DNA of 63,946 bases, filler included, from Klebsormidium nitens (Eukaryota > Plantae > Klebsormidiophyceae), in NCBI GenBank assembly GCA_000708835.1. It is 7 parts of 7 records of this genome, joined end to end, with 100 filler letters (N's around TTAATTAATTAA, not from the genome) between each part and the next. Parts side by side here need not be neighbours in the genome. Positions count along the whole stretch, not along the records: positions 1 to 31,946 come from DF237747.1; 6 more parts are not named here. One strand, 5' to 3'. The notes under the pieces were generated by a model. It was not told the DNA's origin, ran no database searches, and worked only from the letters and a program-made list of their open reading frames with translations. Position numbers and translations under genes: made by a program. This document shows positions 12,101-25,231 of the stretch, piece after piece; within the stretch, counting starts at the first letter, position 1; each line of letters begins with the position of its first letter.

Positions 12101-15100
12101 TTGGTGCTGATGGACGTTTCTTAGACGCAGATGATGGTGTTAATCGGCTCTTTTTCCGACGCGCAGAGCTGGTGCTGATGGACGCCGCGGTAGGCATCAA
12201 GGGCATCCTGAAGAAGGCACGTGACCTGGCCAACGAGATCCCGCACGGGTGGTACTGCGACCAGTTCGACAACCATGCGAACCAACGGGTAAGAAGCACG
12301 TTGTCACGAGGGTCTCTAGAACAATCTTAGGCGCACTAGATGTTTTTCATATGCAAACCATGGAGAATCAGCTGCGGTAAGAAAAACGCCCTGAAAAGGA
12401 TTCTCCCCATTGCGCAGACTCACTATCACACCACGGGCCCCGAGATCTGGCGCGACACCGCCGGCAAGGTTGATTTCTTCGTGGCGGCTGTGGGAACGGG
12501 GGGAACGATCACGGGCGCCGGGCGGTACCTCAAGGAGCAGAACCCCGCCATCAAGGTCAGCTTTGAGCCCTTTCTGAGATTGCTAAAATCAAGGTTTCGG
12601 CGGGTCTGCTTCAACTTGCATTCCGGCGGCTTCCCTGTCTTTGCTCCAGGTTGTGTTTTGGCGGGACTCGTTCACCTGCTCCAAATCATGTTTCGGCGGA
12701 ATCCGTTTGTCTCCTCCAACTTGACTTTCGGCGGACTTCATTTACTTGATCCGAATCGTGTTTCGGCGGACTCCGTTCATCTGCGCCAAGGTGTGTTCCG
12801 GCGGCTCCTCGTCCACCTGGGCCATCCCATCTTTGATTCCAGATTGCTCTGAACCAGTTTCTTGAACGCGTGTCTCAGTGAAAATTGTGGCTGGAAAATC
12901 TCTTTCCCTTTCGGTAGCCTTAGCTCGTGGGCTTTTTGGCGGGAACCCTTTCGCTCTGTGTAATTTCCACGAGCAGGGTACCTTTTGCAATGAACTGAAC
13001 GAAGTGACACTTTGGAACGGCCTGGAAAAGCGACTGGACTTTACGATGCAGGAGCAGACTCTTATATCGAGCAGGTTGACGAAGCGTTCCGGACACAGAT
13101 CGCAGCAGCGTGAAAGCAGACTGTCGTTCCTTTCTCTTCGTCATCTGTATGCCCTTGATCCTCGTCCTTTTGTCTTGGTCTTCCGTCTTTCTCACCTCTT
13201 TCCGACCCGTTCGTCCTGGCCCGTTTGCTCCGCCCCCTTAAAGCATTCCCTCTTGTCTTAGGCCGCAAAAAGTCCTCCACGCATCGGTCACTACTGGGGA
13301 GAAGTAACTTCACCGGAGCTTTGTCAGGCTTGGGTTACATGCCTGTTTTAAATGGAGCGGATTAGCGCCTGGTATTGCCCGGTAACCAGTCTTGGATCAA
13401 AAGCAAAATCGTCACAAACCACCGTTGGTTATCGCCCTGTAACCGGTTCAGGAGCGAAATCGTCTCAAATCTCGTTGGTGATCGCCTCGTATGCAGTCTC
13501 GCGTAAAGAGCAAAAACGTCACAAATGTCGGGGCGGACGGGGACCGCTTATAAGTGCGCGAGCAGAACGTACGGCTAAAGGAAGAACGACTACGGGGGGG
13601 TTGTCGGGGAAGGTCAGCGGACGCTGCTCGGGCGTGGCGGCGTTACTGAGATGTTGGATCACACACAACCGTCATTGCTATCGAGTCTAAGGTGCCGGGT
13701 TGATGGGGTTATGAGAGGACGGTTAAGATACGACGGAATCACATCCTACTTTATAAATACAGAAAAGTAATAATCGCCGCTGAGTTATGGCATTGTTGCA
13801 GGTTGTGGCGGTGGAGCCTTCAGCCAGCCCGGTGCTGAGCGGCGGCAAGCCGGGGCCGCACAAGATTCAGGGGATGGGCGCGGGGATCCTCTCGCAGAAC
13901 ATGGACCAGCCGTTGTTCGACGAGATTATCCAGGTACGCGGTTGAGGTAAAATCCCTCACATCTATGGCAAACAGAACTCATCAAAGAATCAAACGTTTT
14001 TGCGGCATTCCCCGAAGAAGAGCGAAGCTATAAGACACTGCGCACTTTAAAGACATTCGATTAATGCTGTGGAGCAGAAATGAAAATAATCCTCTTATTA
14101 GGCCGTCAGCGATGAAAACAATGATAAACGCCGAAAGTGCTTGGTCCTTTGACACTCGTACAACAGGGAAGACTCGTTGCAGAGGGGAAGTGCCGCTTAG
14201 TGCAAGATTTACAGAACGGAGCGACCGTTAACTTCAGCTTCTGACGAGCTTGCAAGTTGTGGTGATCCACAAAGCACCGAATCGTGCGCAGTTCATTGTG
14301 TCCACATATGAGCGGTTGTCATTCGGAAGATGGTCGGTACCTAGCAAGTCTAGTGTTGAAGGGGCAAATGACCCGGAACCAGTCTGCACTGCGGTGTGCG
14401 ATCAATTCCCAGCCAAGTCGCCAAAGGTGATGTAGGGTACCTAGTCTTACAGGTTCCAAAGACTCCTGGTACTGCTTGCGCCTCCGCGTCAACGAGGCGG
14501 TGCTCGACCTCTCTCAATACACCACAGGGATCTCTCCTTAAAAACGTATTACCCCCGTTCATCTCTTCGAAGAAAGCTGATCGCAAACTTCCCACCGTGG
14601 CCGACGCCTTCCCTTCCGAAGAAGCGAGTCTCAGGATCTCCTATGCCTTGCAGGATATGTTCGTTAACGTTGGGGCGAAAATCGAAGCCCGTGAACCTCA
14701 AGCCTACGTTTCCACTGCTTTGCGGACTGAGTTCTTCAATCTTGTCGAGATTTAAGACTTGTTCAAGCCCATTTATCCACAGGTTGCTGACAGCGACGTT
14801 TTCGACATGGCCCGCGCCTTGGCTTCAAAAGAGGCGCTCCTGTCAGGGATCTCGGCGGGCGCCAACGTGCTTGCGGCGCTCCAGATCGCGCGGCGGCCCG
14901 AGAACAAGGGCAAGCTCATAGTGGTGAGGCGGACACCTTTAGCGGGTTTTCCGGCTGAGCGTTCTTGGCCAGACGTATAAGGAGCAACAGCGGCGCCAAA
15001 AGATGCTATTGAGCGATCCAGTCATCTGAATTGATCTCGGAGGGGCGTGGAGGCACGGGACATGATGTGGAGTTTAGGACAAGAGTGCAAAATTCTTGCG

Positions 15101-15416
15101 GGCGCAAGACGGATGCTCTGAACAATCACAGGGAAGCGAAGGGAAGAGATGGCTGGTCGAGTGATACGTCTGATTGCTCTCGGGTTTGTCGCTTGCAACA
15201 TGACCCGGCTACTCTTCTTGTAAAAGTTGTCCTCTCGGTTTATGTATGTAGGTTACCACCAGAATAAATTCGAACAGCTTTGCTTTTCCTGACATGTTTG
15301 CCCTTCTGCTTTTGCAGACTGTCATCCCTAGCGGGGGCGAACGCTACATCTCCACTGGGCTCTACGACCATCTCCGCGACGAATGCACAAACATGCCGCT
15401 CACTCCCCTGGAGTGA
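9121..15416 (+). CDS. OASTL: Cysteine synthase / O-acetylserine (thiol)lyase family, 9 exons; one-base frameshift in exon 2
   Basis: Exons 9121-9228, 9765-9875, 10189-10246, 10944-11085, 12167-12288, 12418-12555, 13802-13933, 14783-14923 and 15318-15416. Motifs VGNTPLV, NPAG-SVKDR (needs one A removed at 9860-9862), [23 protein letters not shown] and SGGERY. Confidence 0.92.
11500..12185. repeat. ~60-68 bp minisatellite, about 11 units, overlapping the acceptor of cysteine synthase exon 5
   Basis: The core cagAGCTGGTGCTG...GGACG recurs at ~11531, 11593, 11655, 11718, 11782 (ccg variant), 11846, 11908, 11977, 12046, 12096 and 12164. Confidence 0.9.
12590..12830. repeat. Degenerate ~33 bp tandem repeat in cysteine synthase intron 6
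   Basis: About 7 copies of a GT(T/G)T(T/C)CGGCGG-like core at regular spacing. Confidence 0.65.
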
Positions 15417-16816
15417 CCGTTGGCGAATGAAAGAATGTACGCCAAGGGCGTACGATTTTGTACGAGGGCGTTCTCGATCGGGTTGTAGGATCAGACAAAT
15501 TGTTTGAACTATTCGTTGATCAGTGAGCACAAAAAAGCCCTCTTTGGTACTAAGCTTGGCGGGAGTCTGCTTCAGGGTACACTTAGTCTTGCGGATTGTC
15601 AAATGACGGTTGGTGCGAAATTTACGAGACAAGCAGGGAAAACCAGAGTCGGGTTCGCTGTCGTTATTGCATTATACCTCCAGAGATAGCTAGAACAAGC
15701 GGCGGACTTCAGATCTAGTAAGCAACTTGAAGGGCGCTGCGCTACTGCAAACAATATGCTTTCCTAAAGTAGCACTGCCTCATGCTAGAAAGAGCTTACT
15801 TGCACTACATATGAGCGGCAGCTCGCTTGAGGACGAAGTCGGGGTCGTGTGTCTAATTAACGACCGTCGCCACGTTGAACTTGCAATGCACTCCGTGCAT
15901 CATCGATGCATATCCAACTTACGAGCCTGCGCCCCATGCAGCTCGGCAACTATGTACAATTGATCCGTCTGGCATGCCCTTCATGATCAGCATGTGCACC
16001 ACGAAGCTAGCTGATGCATGCAATTTGGCTGGTGAGCCTGCATGATCGAAGGGAGAATGGCGCGACGAAATAGCGAATAACACCATATCTAAGTTAGCAT
16101 CGATCCTACTGATGTATACATCGTATACTGTACTGCTTATATATATCATATTGAATTAGATCACCTTCGTGACTTTGGGCTATGACACCCACCGTCACAT
16201 ATGCGTCTGGCAGAAATCGAACCTAGAATCTATGTAATCGGTGTACTAAGCTCAAGCCTGGATTGAAACTTAGCTCCCGGCATCGCGCCGGCCCCCGCGG
16301 CACGGATTCGTCTCTGTTTTGCAAGCCGCGCCCACATGACAGTACTGATGCAGGCTTTACATGGACTGTCAGTGAATACTCTGGCATTTCCAATTGAGTC
16401 AGAAGCGACCGTAGACCCCGAAGGCAACCCAACTCTGCTTAATTCAAACACAAGGACTCGGTCCAAAATCGCAAGGTGACCTGCTTTGAAGTTATGCGGC
16501 CGCAAGATACGATTCGTCCATCAATATGAAAACCTATACATGTTCGCCATAAAGTTTGGCCTCTTCCTGGGCCCTAGTCTAACAATCTATGCATCCCGCA
16601 GAGGCCCCCAAACACTTTGTACAGTGAGAAAGTCCCGGCAACCGTCCTTCTAGACCACAAGCTGCTGTTTTATCTATATACAAAAGCAAGCAGTCTCCGT
16701 CTGCAAAACATGCACGTCCGTGGATCTTCTGAACTGATCTCTTCCATGTGGTCTACGTCAACTATATCTGCAAAGACTCAACTTCAGAGTGCGGCTACCC
16801 TCTCATCAACCCTAGC

Positions 16817-19662
16817 TCAGACACCCCCTCTGTCGCGCTTCGATTTCCGGCTGATGTCAGCATACGGGCCTCCCATAAGCTCGTGAACCTGCTCCCATAG
16901 CACCACCCCTGACCGCCGGCTTATGGTCCCCTCGGCTTGCTCGAGGCTCAGGGGGTGCGTGATGATGTCAGCGCTGCACGCCGCCAACTGCCAGGTTCCC
17001 TCACGAAGCTCCCGGGCCAATTGTCCCCGACCCCACCTGCGGGGAAAAAGGAAACTAGCTATGAGAGAGACAGAACCCGTGTCAAATATTAACGTCCGAC
17101 AGTGAAAGCGAAAGTTGGATTGTACCTGAGCGCGGAGCAGATGAAGTATGGCTGTGAGGTTCCAGTGTGCCTAAGCAATTAGTGAGACTGATTGTCCACG
17201 CCACTTTTATGTCAGTATGGATGGAACTGTATGCATGAGAGAGGACACACGAGGTGAGGCTCAGGGCCACAGGAAGGTTCTCCGATGATGAAGAAGGCCA
17301 AAGTTGTAGTTCGACAACATCTGTCGAGTCCATGCAAACTGCAGTGGCTACCTATATAGCCGTTTGGCTGTTGCGAAGAGTACCAGTACTTGACAACGCC
17401 AGGAAAGGTACATAGCAAGTTTGTCCGGTTATGAACACGAGCGAATTCTGTGACTCTTGCTATTGCAACTGGGAAAAATAACCTCTTTTCCACATACCCG
17501 GCGTAACCAACACAGAAGCGGAAGCTGGACGCTTTGGCCTTCCCAGCCGCGATGAGGTCCGAAAGACGCCAGCACGCTGCCGGCTCCCCGAAAAACACAC
17601 CAGGGACTACCTCCTCGAACCCCTCGACATTGGTCTCGCCCGAGACCGCGAAGATCTTGCCCTGGCTGATGGGGCCACCTAGGTAGACGCGCTCATTTCC
17701 AAAGCGCTTCTGAAAGGGCAGCGGGAGGCGCGGCACTTTTTCGAAAGTGAAGGGCATGGCGTGGTTCAGGATGATGCCGAATGTGCCCTGCGGAAGAGAA
17801 AGGGGGAGTGAGGGGAGCTCGAGGAAAAGTACTTGCATCTCTTGTGAAAGTTCCTTGCTTTGAAGGGAGAATGCAAGATTTCAAGTCGAAACAATCGAGT
17901 CAATGGAGAATGTGTCTTGCAGGGTGGGAAGACCGACGTCGCCTTCAGAGTCTCGTTCCAACACATCTTTCCACCATTAAATCCTAGTTTCAAACCCCAG
18001 GTGACACAACTACTTACCTCGTCTGAATGGTCAAGCACCAGAATGACGCTCCTGTCAAAGTAGTCGTCCCCGTCCAGGATCGTCGACGCCAGCAAGAGGC
18101 AGCCTTTCTCCGGCTCCTCGATCGCGTGCGCCCACTCCCGTCCCTGGATTCGGACGGCCTGTGGTGGCTCGTCGTCCGACGGGTCCGAAACGGACAGAGT
18201 CGTTGGGGCCGGGCTAGTCTGTGCTTTGGCCTGGTGTTCTTGCGCGACTAGCTGGGCGCGAAAGGTGCGCCAGTCGGCTTTGAGAATCGGGGGCGCGTCC
18301 TGTTGCAGAGTTAATTAGCGGTAAAATCTACGTTTTCATACTCTATGAATTTCAGACCAGATTTTGAGCTGGGGTACGAAGGGGTTCTCCAGGACCAGGC
18401 TGTGAGCTTTAGTGGCACAAGTGTAAGTAAGATGGCTGTGAATTACGAGAGTCCTTGCAAAGGAAGGAGCTCAAGCGACGAGAGTGGGCTAAGTGTGGCT
18501 GTTTTCCTGAATCTAGGAATATGGCTGCCAACAAGAGGAGGCGGCGCGCGACCGAAGTTGCACCACATTGAAGTTGCCTCCCATTTTGTGAAGTAGTCCT
18601 CTGAGAAGCAAGTCTCTAAGTTTAGTCCTCTACTTTGAAAAATAGTACAGTGTGGCTCCTTGCACAACCAAACAGAACTTACGCAAGCGCATGTGAGAAG
18701 AGGCTTCAAGAATGGGTAATATGAATTTAAAACCAAGAAGAGGACACTTGTCAGTGAAAGGGACAGTTTATGAGGGGAAGTTACCTCATCAGAAGCTGGC
18801 TCTGAGCCAGACCCCATGCGGCCCCCAGACTCCGCATCACTGTTGTCTTGCTTCGCAGCCGCACACCAATTTCTTCGTCGCTGACACCGTTCATGACCTA
18901 CAAGATGCAACAATGTACCACGTTCTTGCATGCCGGTGCAGCATGCCAAAGCAACTTGCAGTCTGCATTTCCTTGAGCCAATTGTTTCGAAGACAGTCTG
19001 CATCCTCCTCACCCAATTGCATCTTTCAATTCCGCAAAAGCCTAAGACTGGTTTGTGAGTTGCACATTAAGAATCAACGTACTACCATAGGAGCAGGTAA
19101 ATTCTACCAGGGGTTTTGAAGGTATGACTTTTGATGCATCTGTATCCTGCCTGGTTGAACGTGTACAACCATCTTTGACTTTCTACTTCAACCAGTATTT
19201 CTCTGTTCAACCAGCTGCTTAGCTCATACAAAAGGTTCTTTCACAGCAGAGCGCAAAATCACTTCATTCACAAGCAGTTCGACGCGCAGAATGAAGTCAA
19301 GGAGAGGCGAAAGCCCATTGAAAACAACAGTCCCATGTCAAGAGTATGTGTCTAAGCGGATTGTCCTTCCGAGCTGCTTAACTGCAATTCCAATTGAAAA
19401 TCTGCCCTGAACAGCTACAATTCGTTCATAGAGACATTGTACATGAAAAGGGATTGGTAGACCTTGCACCTCGTTCCAAGCGTTGCTGTTGAGACGCCTT
19501 TCGCATTGGCAGCTGCTGACTCCGCTGCCTGAACACCTTCCTGATAAGAGCTTCGCATTGCACTGAAGCACAACAGTCCTGCCCCTCCAGGCTTCTGTAC
19601 TCAATCAGTCGCCCTATTTGTCGCCCACAGTTGAACACAACTGATGAGGTCGCCATGCTCAT
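16817..19662 (-). CDS. DUF179 / AlgH-YqgE family protein, probably plastid-targeted
   Basis: Exons 18299-18018 (DWRTFRAQL, WAHAIEEPEKGCLLLAS, FDRSVILVLDH), 17787-17498 (GTFGIILN, VYLGGP, FRFCVGYAG) and 17036-16817 (WGRGQLARELREGTW). The N-terminal transit-peptide-like exons (from 19662 and ~18900-18785) are tentative. Confidence 0.85.
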
Positions 19663-20205
19663 TGAAGAACCCAGGAAAGCGCCTGAGCCACAACTTCCAG
19701 CTTTTAGTACCTAGTAGATTGTACTGCTGCACGAAAATCAGCTGGTTGACCTGCTGATTTTAAGAAATGCATGTGCTCAATGCCCTATGTGGCCTCCATC
19801 TGCGCCAATCTCTCAACAGGCGGCCAAATTCAAAGTTGCTTTCTTTTCAAAATTCAGTCTCAAGTTGAAGGAGTTCTTCCACTTCTTGCCTTCTTGCCTT
19901 CAGAGTATCAATATTCTACATATATGAGGTTGCGGAATTCTTAAATCCCTCAGTTTTTGCCACCTGAGTTCGCCCTGACTTCGACGGAGGCCTTCGACAG
20001 AAGAGTTCGAAGAAGCTTCTTTGACATGATATCAAATTGAAAAGTATATCGTGTAGCTGTTCTTGGCTCGACATCGAACGTTTTGATACTCGAAAGTTAG
20101 GATAACCGGTTGACGTACCGAACAATAGCCAAGCCGTTAAATACCATCTAGGTACAATTTACAAAGCTTCTACGCACTTCGGCTTCTTCACAACGGAGAC
20201 TCATA

Positions 20206-20903
20206 GGGTATTCGCACCTAACATTTTCCGGCTGATCTGTTCTTTTCTCGCGGGTTTCTTGCGAGTTCTCGTCGATTCTGGCCATTTCGGCCGCAAGAAA
20301 ACTGACAGGCAACTTTTTCTTGTGGCGGCTTTTCTTGCCGGTTCTTGTGTGATGCATAGCTTATGCAGTTCACCCGCGTATGGTCGACTTTGGATACCAT
20401 CGACGCCGTCCGATTGCCGTCCGGTGCTAAGATCGAAGCCATATCCAGCCGTTCGATCACAGCAATTGGGCCGGGCAGAAAAGACTTGAGCAGAGTACAG
20501 CCCGGTGCGAATAACCGGTCTTTTCTTGCCTGTTCTGGCTGTTTTCACAAGAAAAGCGGCAAGAAAAGATCCACAAGAAAAGTTGAAATCCTTTAGGTGC
20601 GAATAAGACTGGTGCGCCCTATTTCGGATGTTTTCGATTCCGGACGGGCAATGTTCGATCCGATTTTCGGACGGGTAAAACCAGGGTTTCACTCAGTGAA
20701 ATTGCAGTCGATTCGATACCGTTTTATTGCCAGATCGGAAAGTGGCCACGTCATCAAGCCGCGTTTCGATTTGCGAATAAAAAGCTATCGAACAGACTGC
20801 AGCTTCACAGAGTCAAACCCTGGGTTTACCCGTCCGAAAATCGGATCGAACATTGCCCGTCCGGAATCGAAAACATCCGAAATAGGGCGCACCAGTCTTA
20901 CCC
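20206..20903. mobile_element. Non-autonomous DNA transposon (MITE) with TA target duplication; outer element
   Basis: Left TIR GGGTATTCGCACCTAA (20206-20221). The right TIR TTAGGTGCGAATA...CCC is split by a second element. TA flanks at 20204-20205 and 20904-20905; internal inverted TTTTCTTG/CAAGAAAA motifs. Confidence 0.75.
20606..20898. mobile_element. Foldback MITE with 113 bp arms and TA target duplication; inner element
   Basis: Arms 20606-20718 and 20786-20898 are reverse complements (first 74 nt identical, 7 mismatches in total), with a 67 bp spacer. TA at 20604-20605 and 20899-20900. Confidence 0.88.
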
Positions 20904-21031
20904 TATCAGACTCAGAGTTCCTGCCTAGCCTGCTCAGTTGCTGTCGCCTACACGAATTTCTAGCGGGCATTCTTTGTCTCCATACATCCCTTTTTGCATT
21001 GTCATCTTAAAGTTACAGTGCCCCTTCTACC

Positions 21032-24022
21032 ATGGACCTTTTAGGAAGTTACGGCAGCGATGCGGAGAGCGATGCCTCCGATGACGAACAGCAACCTCCC
21101 CAGAATGCTGGTCGAGCCATCCTCACAGCACCTGATCCCAGCCCTACCGACTTTAACGAAGGCGCCCCCTCTCAAATCACAGGACTCACTAGAAAAGGTC
21201 TCTTTAGTGCGCTGCCTCCTCCTAGGGGCAAGAGCGACGGAATGCCTGAAGAAAAGTGGAGGAAGGAGGGAAGCAGGTGAGATGCCACAGTGTGACTTGC
21301 ATTGTTGCGTGCGGATGAATCTCAGCGCGGCTTGATGTTGTAAAACGGTTTTGCCTGAGAAAATTGGCACAACAGGACAGAAATAAATAGTTCCATCGAA
21401 GAACGATGTGCTAGTGGTATTAACTATGGTTTGACAAATGGAATGGCAGGGTCCCTCTTCTGCCGACGCTTGATGGCGCCACGCCATTTCAGCTTGAATT
21501 TAAATCTTGTGTTTCTTCCTGGCTCTTTGATCACGTTGAGGTGTTCGCAGGGAATGGCATTTGGTTTTCAAGTGTCTTGCTTTGACGGTGCCCTTTGTTC
21601 AGTGGACTAAGCAATCGCCAGAACAAAGACTCTAATCAGTTCAGGTGTCTCACCTGCTGCACTCTAGTAGAGAAGAAAAAGTGGTCTGTGCTGGAACAGC
21701 CAGAGAGTTTCCTTTCATGCGCCCCCGCCTACCTTTCTCTTTAGCCTTTTCTTTTGTACCACAGGTCACTCTTTGCTGCTCTACCGCCACCAAAGGCGTC
21801 CTTAGAGCGCCCCCCCATTGTGGATCTGCAAAGCGATCTGGCGCTAGGTACAACAAAGCCCCCGACATTGCTCCCCCCCAAAAGAGGCGTTGTGCAGTTC
21901 CGACCACCGATTGACACGTCGTATCTGACCAAGGCTGATGATCGAGATGAGGATACCTGGCAGCCTCCCAAGAAGAAGGTCAGGCGATTTTACCACTAGT
22001 GCCATCTTCCGTGTCTTCCTTCCTGGGATTTGCTTAGCCCGTGGAACTCGCACAAAAGTCGAACTTTAAGAGTTTCATTGTCTGGCTTCAGAGGACTTTA
22101 GATTTGGTCAAAGGAGACGGGCTAAATGTCTCTCGCTGTCTAAGGGCCAGTCGAAATCAAATACCTTTCCTGACTTGGTGGACAACTCTGAAAAAGAAGA
22201 CCTGGGTGGATGGCTTGTTTCTGCAGCAAACTTTGTAAAGACAAGCCTTGGAGTGAGAGATTTATTCCGTGTTGTCAGAGACCCACTGCTTACACGCCGT
22301 TTTTCGATTTTCAGGGACGGACGGCTGAGGTCGCGGACGAAGCGCCGGCAGAGAAGAAACCGACCAAGTCATCTTTCGCCTCCTTCTTGCCCCCGCCCAA
22401 AAACAGCTTGGGGGCTGGAAACATTCTGGGGGGAGGCGCCGTCGGCGGCCGAAAAATGGCCATGGACACGTCAATTGGTTCAGAGTCTCTTGATGAGGGC
22501 CCACGGATACAGCTGGACCCCATTGAAAAATCCACTCTGACTGGTGCGGCCGTAAATGGCTCAGCACCTGTGCGAGAAGACGGTGTCAGTGGAAACGGGG
22601 GGCTTGCAAAAGCAGGAACGGAAGAGTTGGGGTACCCTGCAAGTGAGGGTCATACTCAGGCTGGGTACGGAGCTGCCGCTGAGTCCAGCTATGCATCAAA
22701 CGGGGCTGGTCTGCCTCCGACATTCGAGCAACCCGGAGTCTCCTTCGGTTATCAGCAGCCGTACCAAGCAGGGACTTCGTACGACCCCTACGGTCAAAGT
22801 TACGTTGCGCCTCAGTATGGGGGGGCGAACACGTGGCAGCCCGACGGGCCGCCAGGTGGCGGCGTAGCAGCGCCCCCGGTGGACCTGCTCACAGCGAAGC
22901 TTATGGAAGAGGAGGCGCGGGCGATGAGGAGGGGCGGGGGGAGGGCGAGCGGGGCGCAAGTTGTCGAAGTAAGAGCTGAAACTCCTAACAAGTCGCACGA
23001 TTCTCTTGAGCACGTTTCTTCGAGGATAACAAAGTTGAAGGCTTTGTTATTCATGAATGTTCCCTCTAAGCAGACCCTGAGGACTACCGGCCACAGGCGC
23101 CAGGGAAAAGAGCCGGAAGCATTCTGCCTTCAATTCAACGAGACGTCGGGTGCCTTGTTCAAGGCTGTAATCTGACTTGTAGGTTGAAATGTAGTCTTTG
23201 CTTTGGTGGCATTTCTTCTGGTCGCCTTCTCGCTCACCTTTCTATTTCAACTGATCCCCAGAGGCTGTGACATCCTTGGTGTATTCATTCTGGCCTTTTA
23301 CAGGGGTTCGGAAGGAAGTGGCCGGATAGCTGGTCAATTGTAGCGCGGGATACGGTTCTGCCTTCTTTGCGCCGCCCGTCGAGCTCAGAGGTTTCAAAGC
23401 TTTGAGAACATTGTCACGGTGCACAGAGCTGCCCTTAAACAGTCCAATAAGTCGACTTCATATTCCAGTTCACATCAACGTTGCAATCCACTTTGTTATT
23501 ACAGGTATGAGCAATCAAGTCGGTTAGGTATTTCGATTCAACCTCGCATGCTTGAGAAACTTGATGATCCTTAAACTTACTGAGAACGACTTTCCAGATG
23601 TGTGTCATTTTTCCATCTGGAAAGTCTGCCAAAATATCATCCAGACGCTATCCAGAAGTGGAAAACTCGTGCATACCGACTGTGCTTAGCAATATGCGCA
23701 GCGCTCATCTTGGAATTCAGAGCGCTTATCCTAAAAGTTTGAGCGCCTATCCTGAAACATAAGCCTTGGTCTGCAGGTCAAGCAAGCGGATATTACCCCC
23801 GGCACGTACAGGCGGGAGGACATGCTCAAGACGTCGACATTTGGCCCACAAGCGCAGCCAGTGTCGAGCGCAAAGGACGCAGGGCCGGGGAAGATGGAGA
23901 GGCGGAAGCACCAGATCAGCTCGCTCTACGCCGACATGAAGAAGAAAGAGATGGAGATGGTGGACTCACGGGCTACGGGGATGCAGACGAAAGCGCAGAC
24001 GAAGGGGAAGTATGGGTGGTAA
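21032..24022 (+). CDS. PRCC: Proline-rich PRCC-family protein, 4 exons
   Basis: Exons 21032-21276, 21765-21978, 22315-22968 and 23777-24022. MDLLGSYGSD start, repeated LF(S/A)ALPPP motifs, and C-terminal RRKHQISSL...TKAQTKGKYGW*. Confidence 0.85.
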
Positions 24023-25231
24023 CCAATTGAAACGACATTCGCTTTTGCAAGTCAACTGGGCACTCGCGGGAAATGAGCCCCTTGAGAGCGTTGCTGACTC
24101 CATTATCGCTGTGTCAGTATGTTTGCAGCACTGAAGTGTACGCTCTTCTCTAACATCCAAGTATAAGCCTGCTTTCCATGTCACCTGACAAATCGTCTGC
24201 ACGAGCTTGTACAAAACATGCAACGTGACGTTCACCCATGCGGTTGATCCTATTCCGCATGGCAACCGATGCACGAAGAGTATGGCTCTCGGAAGTACCT
24301 AGAGCCAATTGTAAAGTCCCCATGCCGGATCCAGCATGCAGTCAGCATGCAGTCAAAAAGGGCTCAGTCGCAAGCGAGATTACATGCTACTCGTGACCGG
24401 CCGGGCGGCATGGTCGTTTGAGTTTGAAAGACTCCAATCTATCATGAATCGGAAGTTAGCCCGTATTCTTAACCGTCCGTCGGTCGACAGGCGGGTATAC
24501 ACAACTCCGACGGTTGTGGTTGAAGGACGGTTAAGCCTAGCTTGCTAGCTCTTAGCTTTTGCAACTCGTCGAGCCGAAATTACTTATGGTGCTGCGTGGC
24601 ACTAGCTGCATATCGCTCAGCTAGATCATTCCGATCATTCAAGTATAATCTGATTGAAACCGTGGGTTGAAGCATGCTTAACTGAGTGCATGAATTCGAC
24701 GGTAGTATATAAGCTAGCTGCTTTATATATTGCATGCCGCCGTACGTCGCCGACTCGTGCGACTTGAGCCATCACGCAAATTACAACGACACGGACCATG
24801 AGAGCCCCTGTCTATCACTCGCGGCTTGAGAGGATCATATATCAGAAAGCAATGATTCTATAGTATGATCGTTAGCTCTGCATTCACTCTAGCTAGCTTT
24901 AGTGCGGACCATCGATTCGAGTCAAGTCCCGCACTGAGCCATCATTGCTGGCCCAAATAACGGATCAGGTGTTGATACGCGCGCTGAATATTTAGACGCA
25001 TGTGAGGCATGGGCACGGACTTCAGAACCGGAATTTTGAGCGTTCAAAGGCGGCCGCCTCTTCTGGTAAATGCACCCAGATAAAATCAAGGCCTGAGGAC
25101 AGTAAAGTCTATCTCAATAAGGCGTGCTAATCACCTAATCACTGACAAGTGTTAGTACCTCAACTAGTCCAATATTTCGATGAATTAACGGTGTCTTTGA
25201 CAGCATATTACCTCGGTCCTTCATAATAACG

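Noticed and set aside
11500-12185. CRISPR-like regularly spaced repeats
   Set aside because: The inter-repeat segments are homologous to each other, the locus is a eukaryotic intron, and no cas genes are present.
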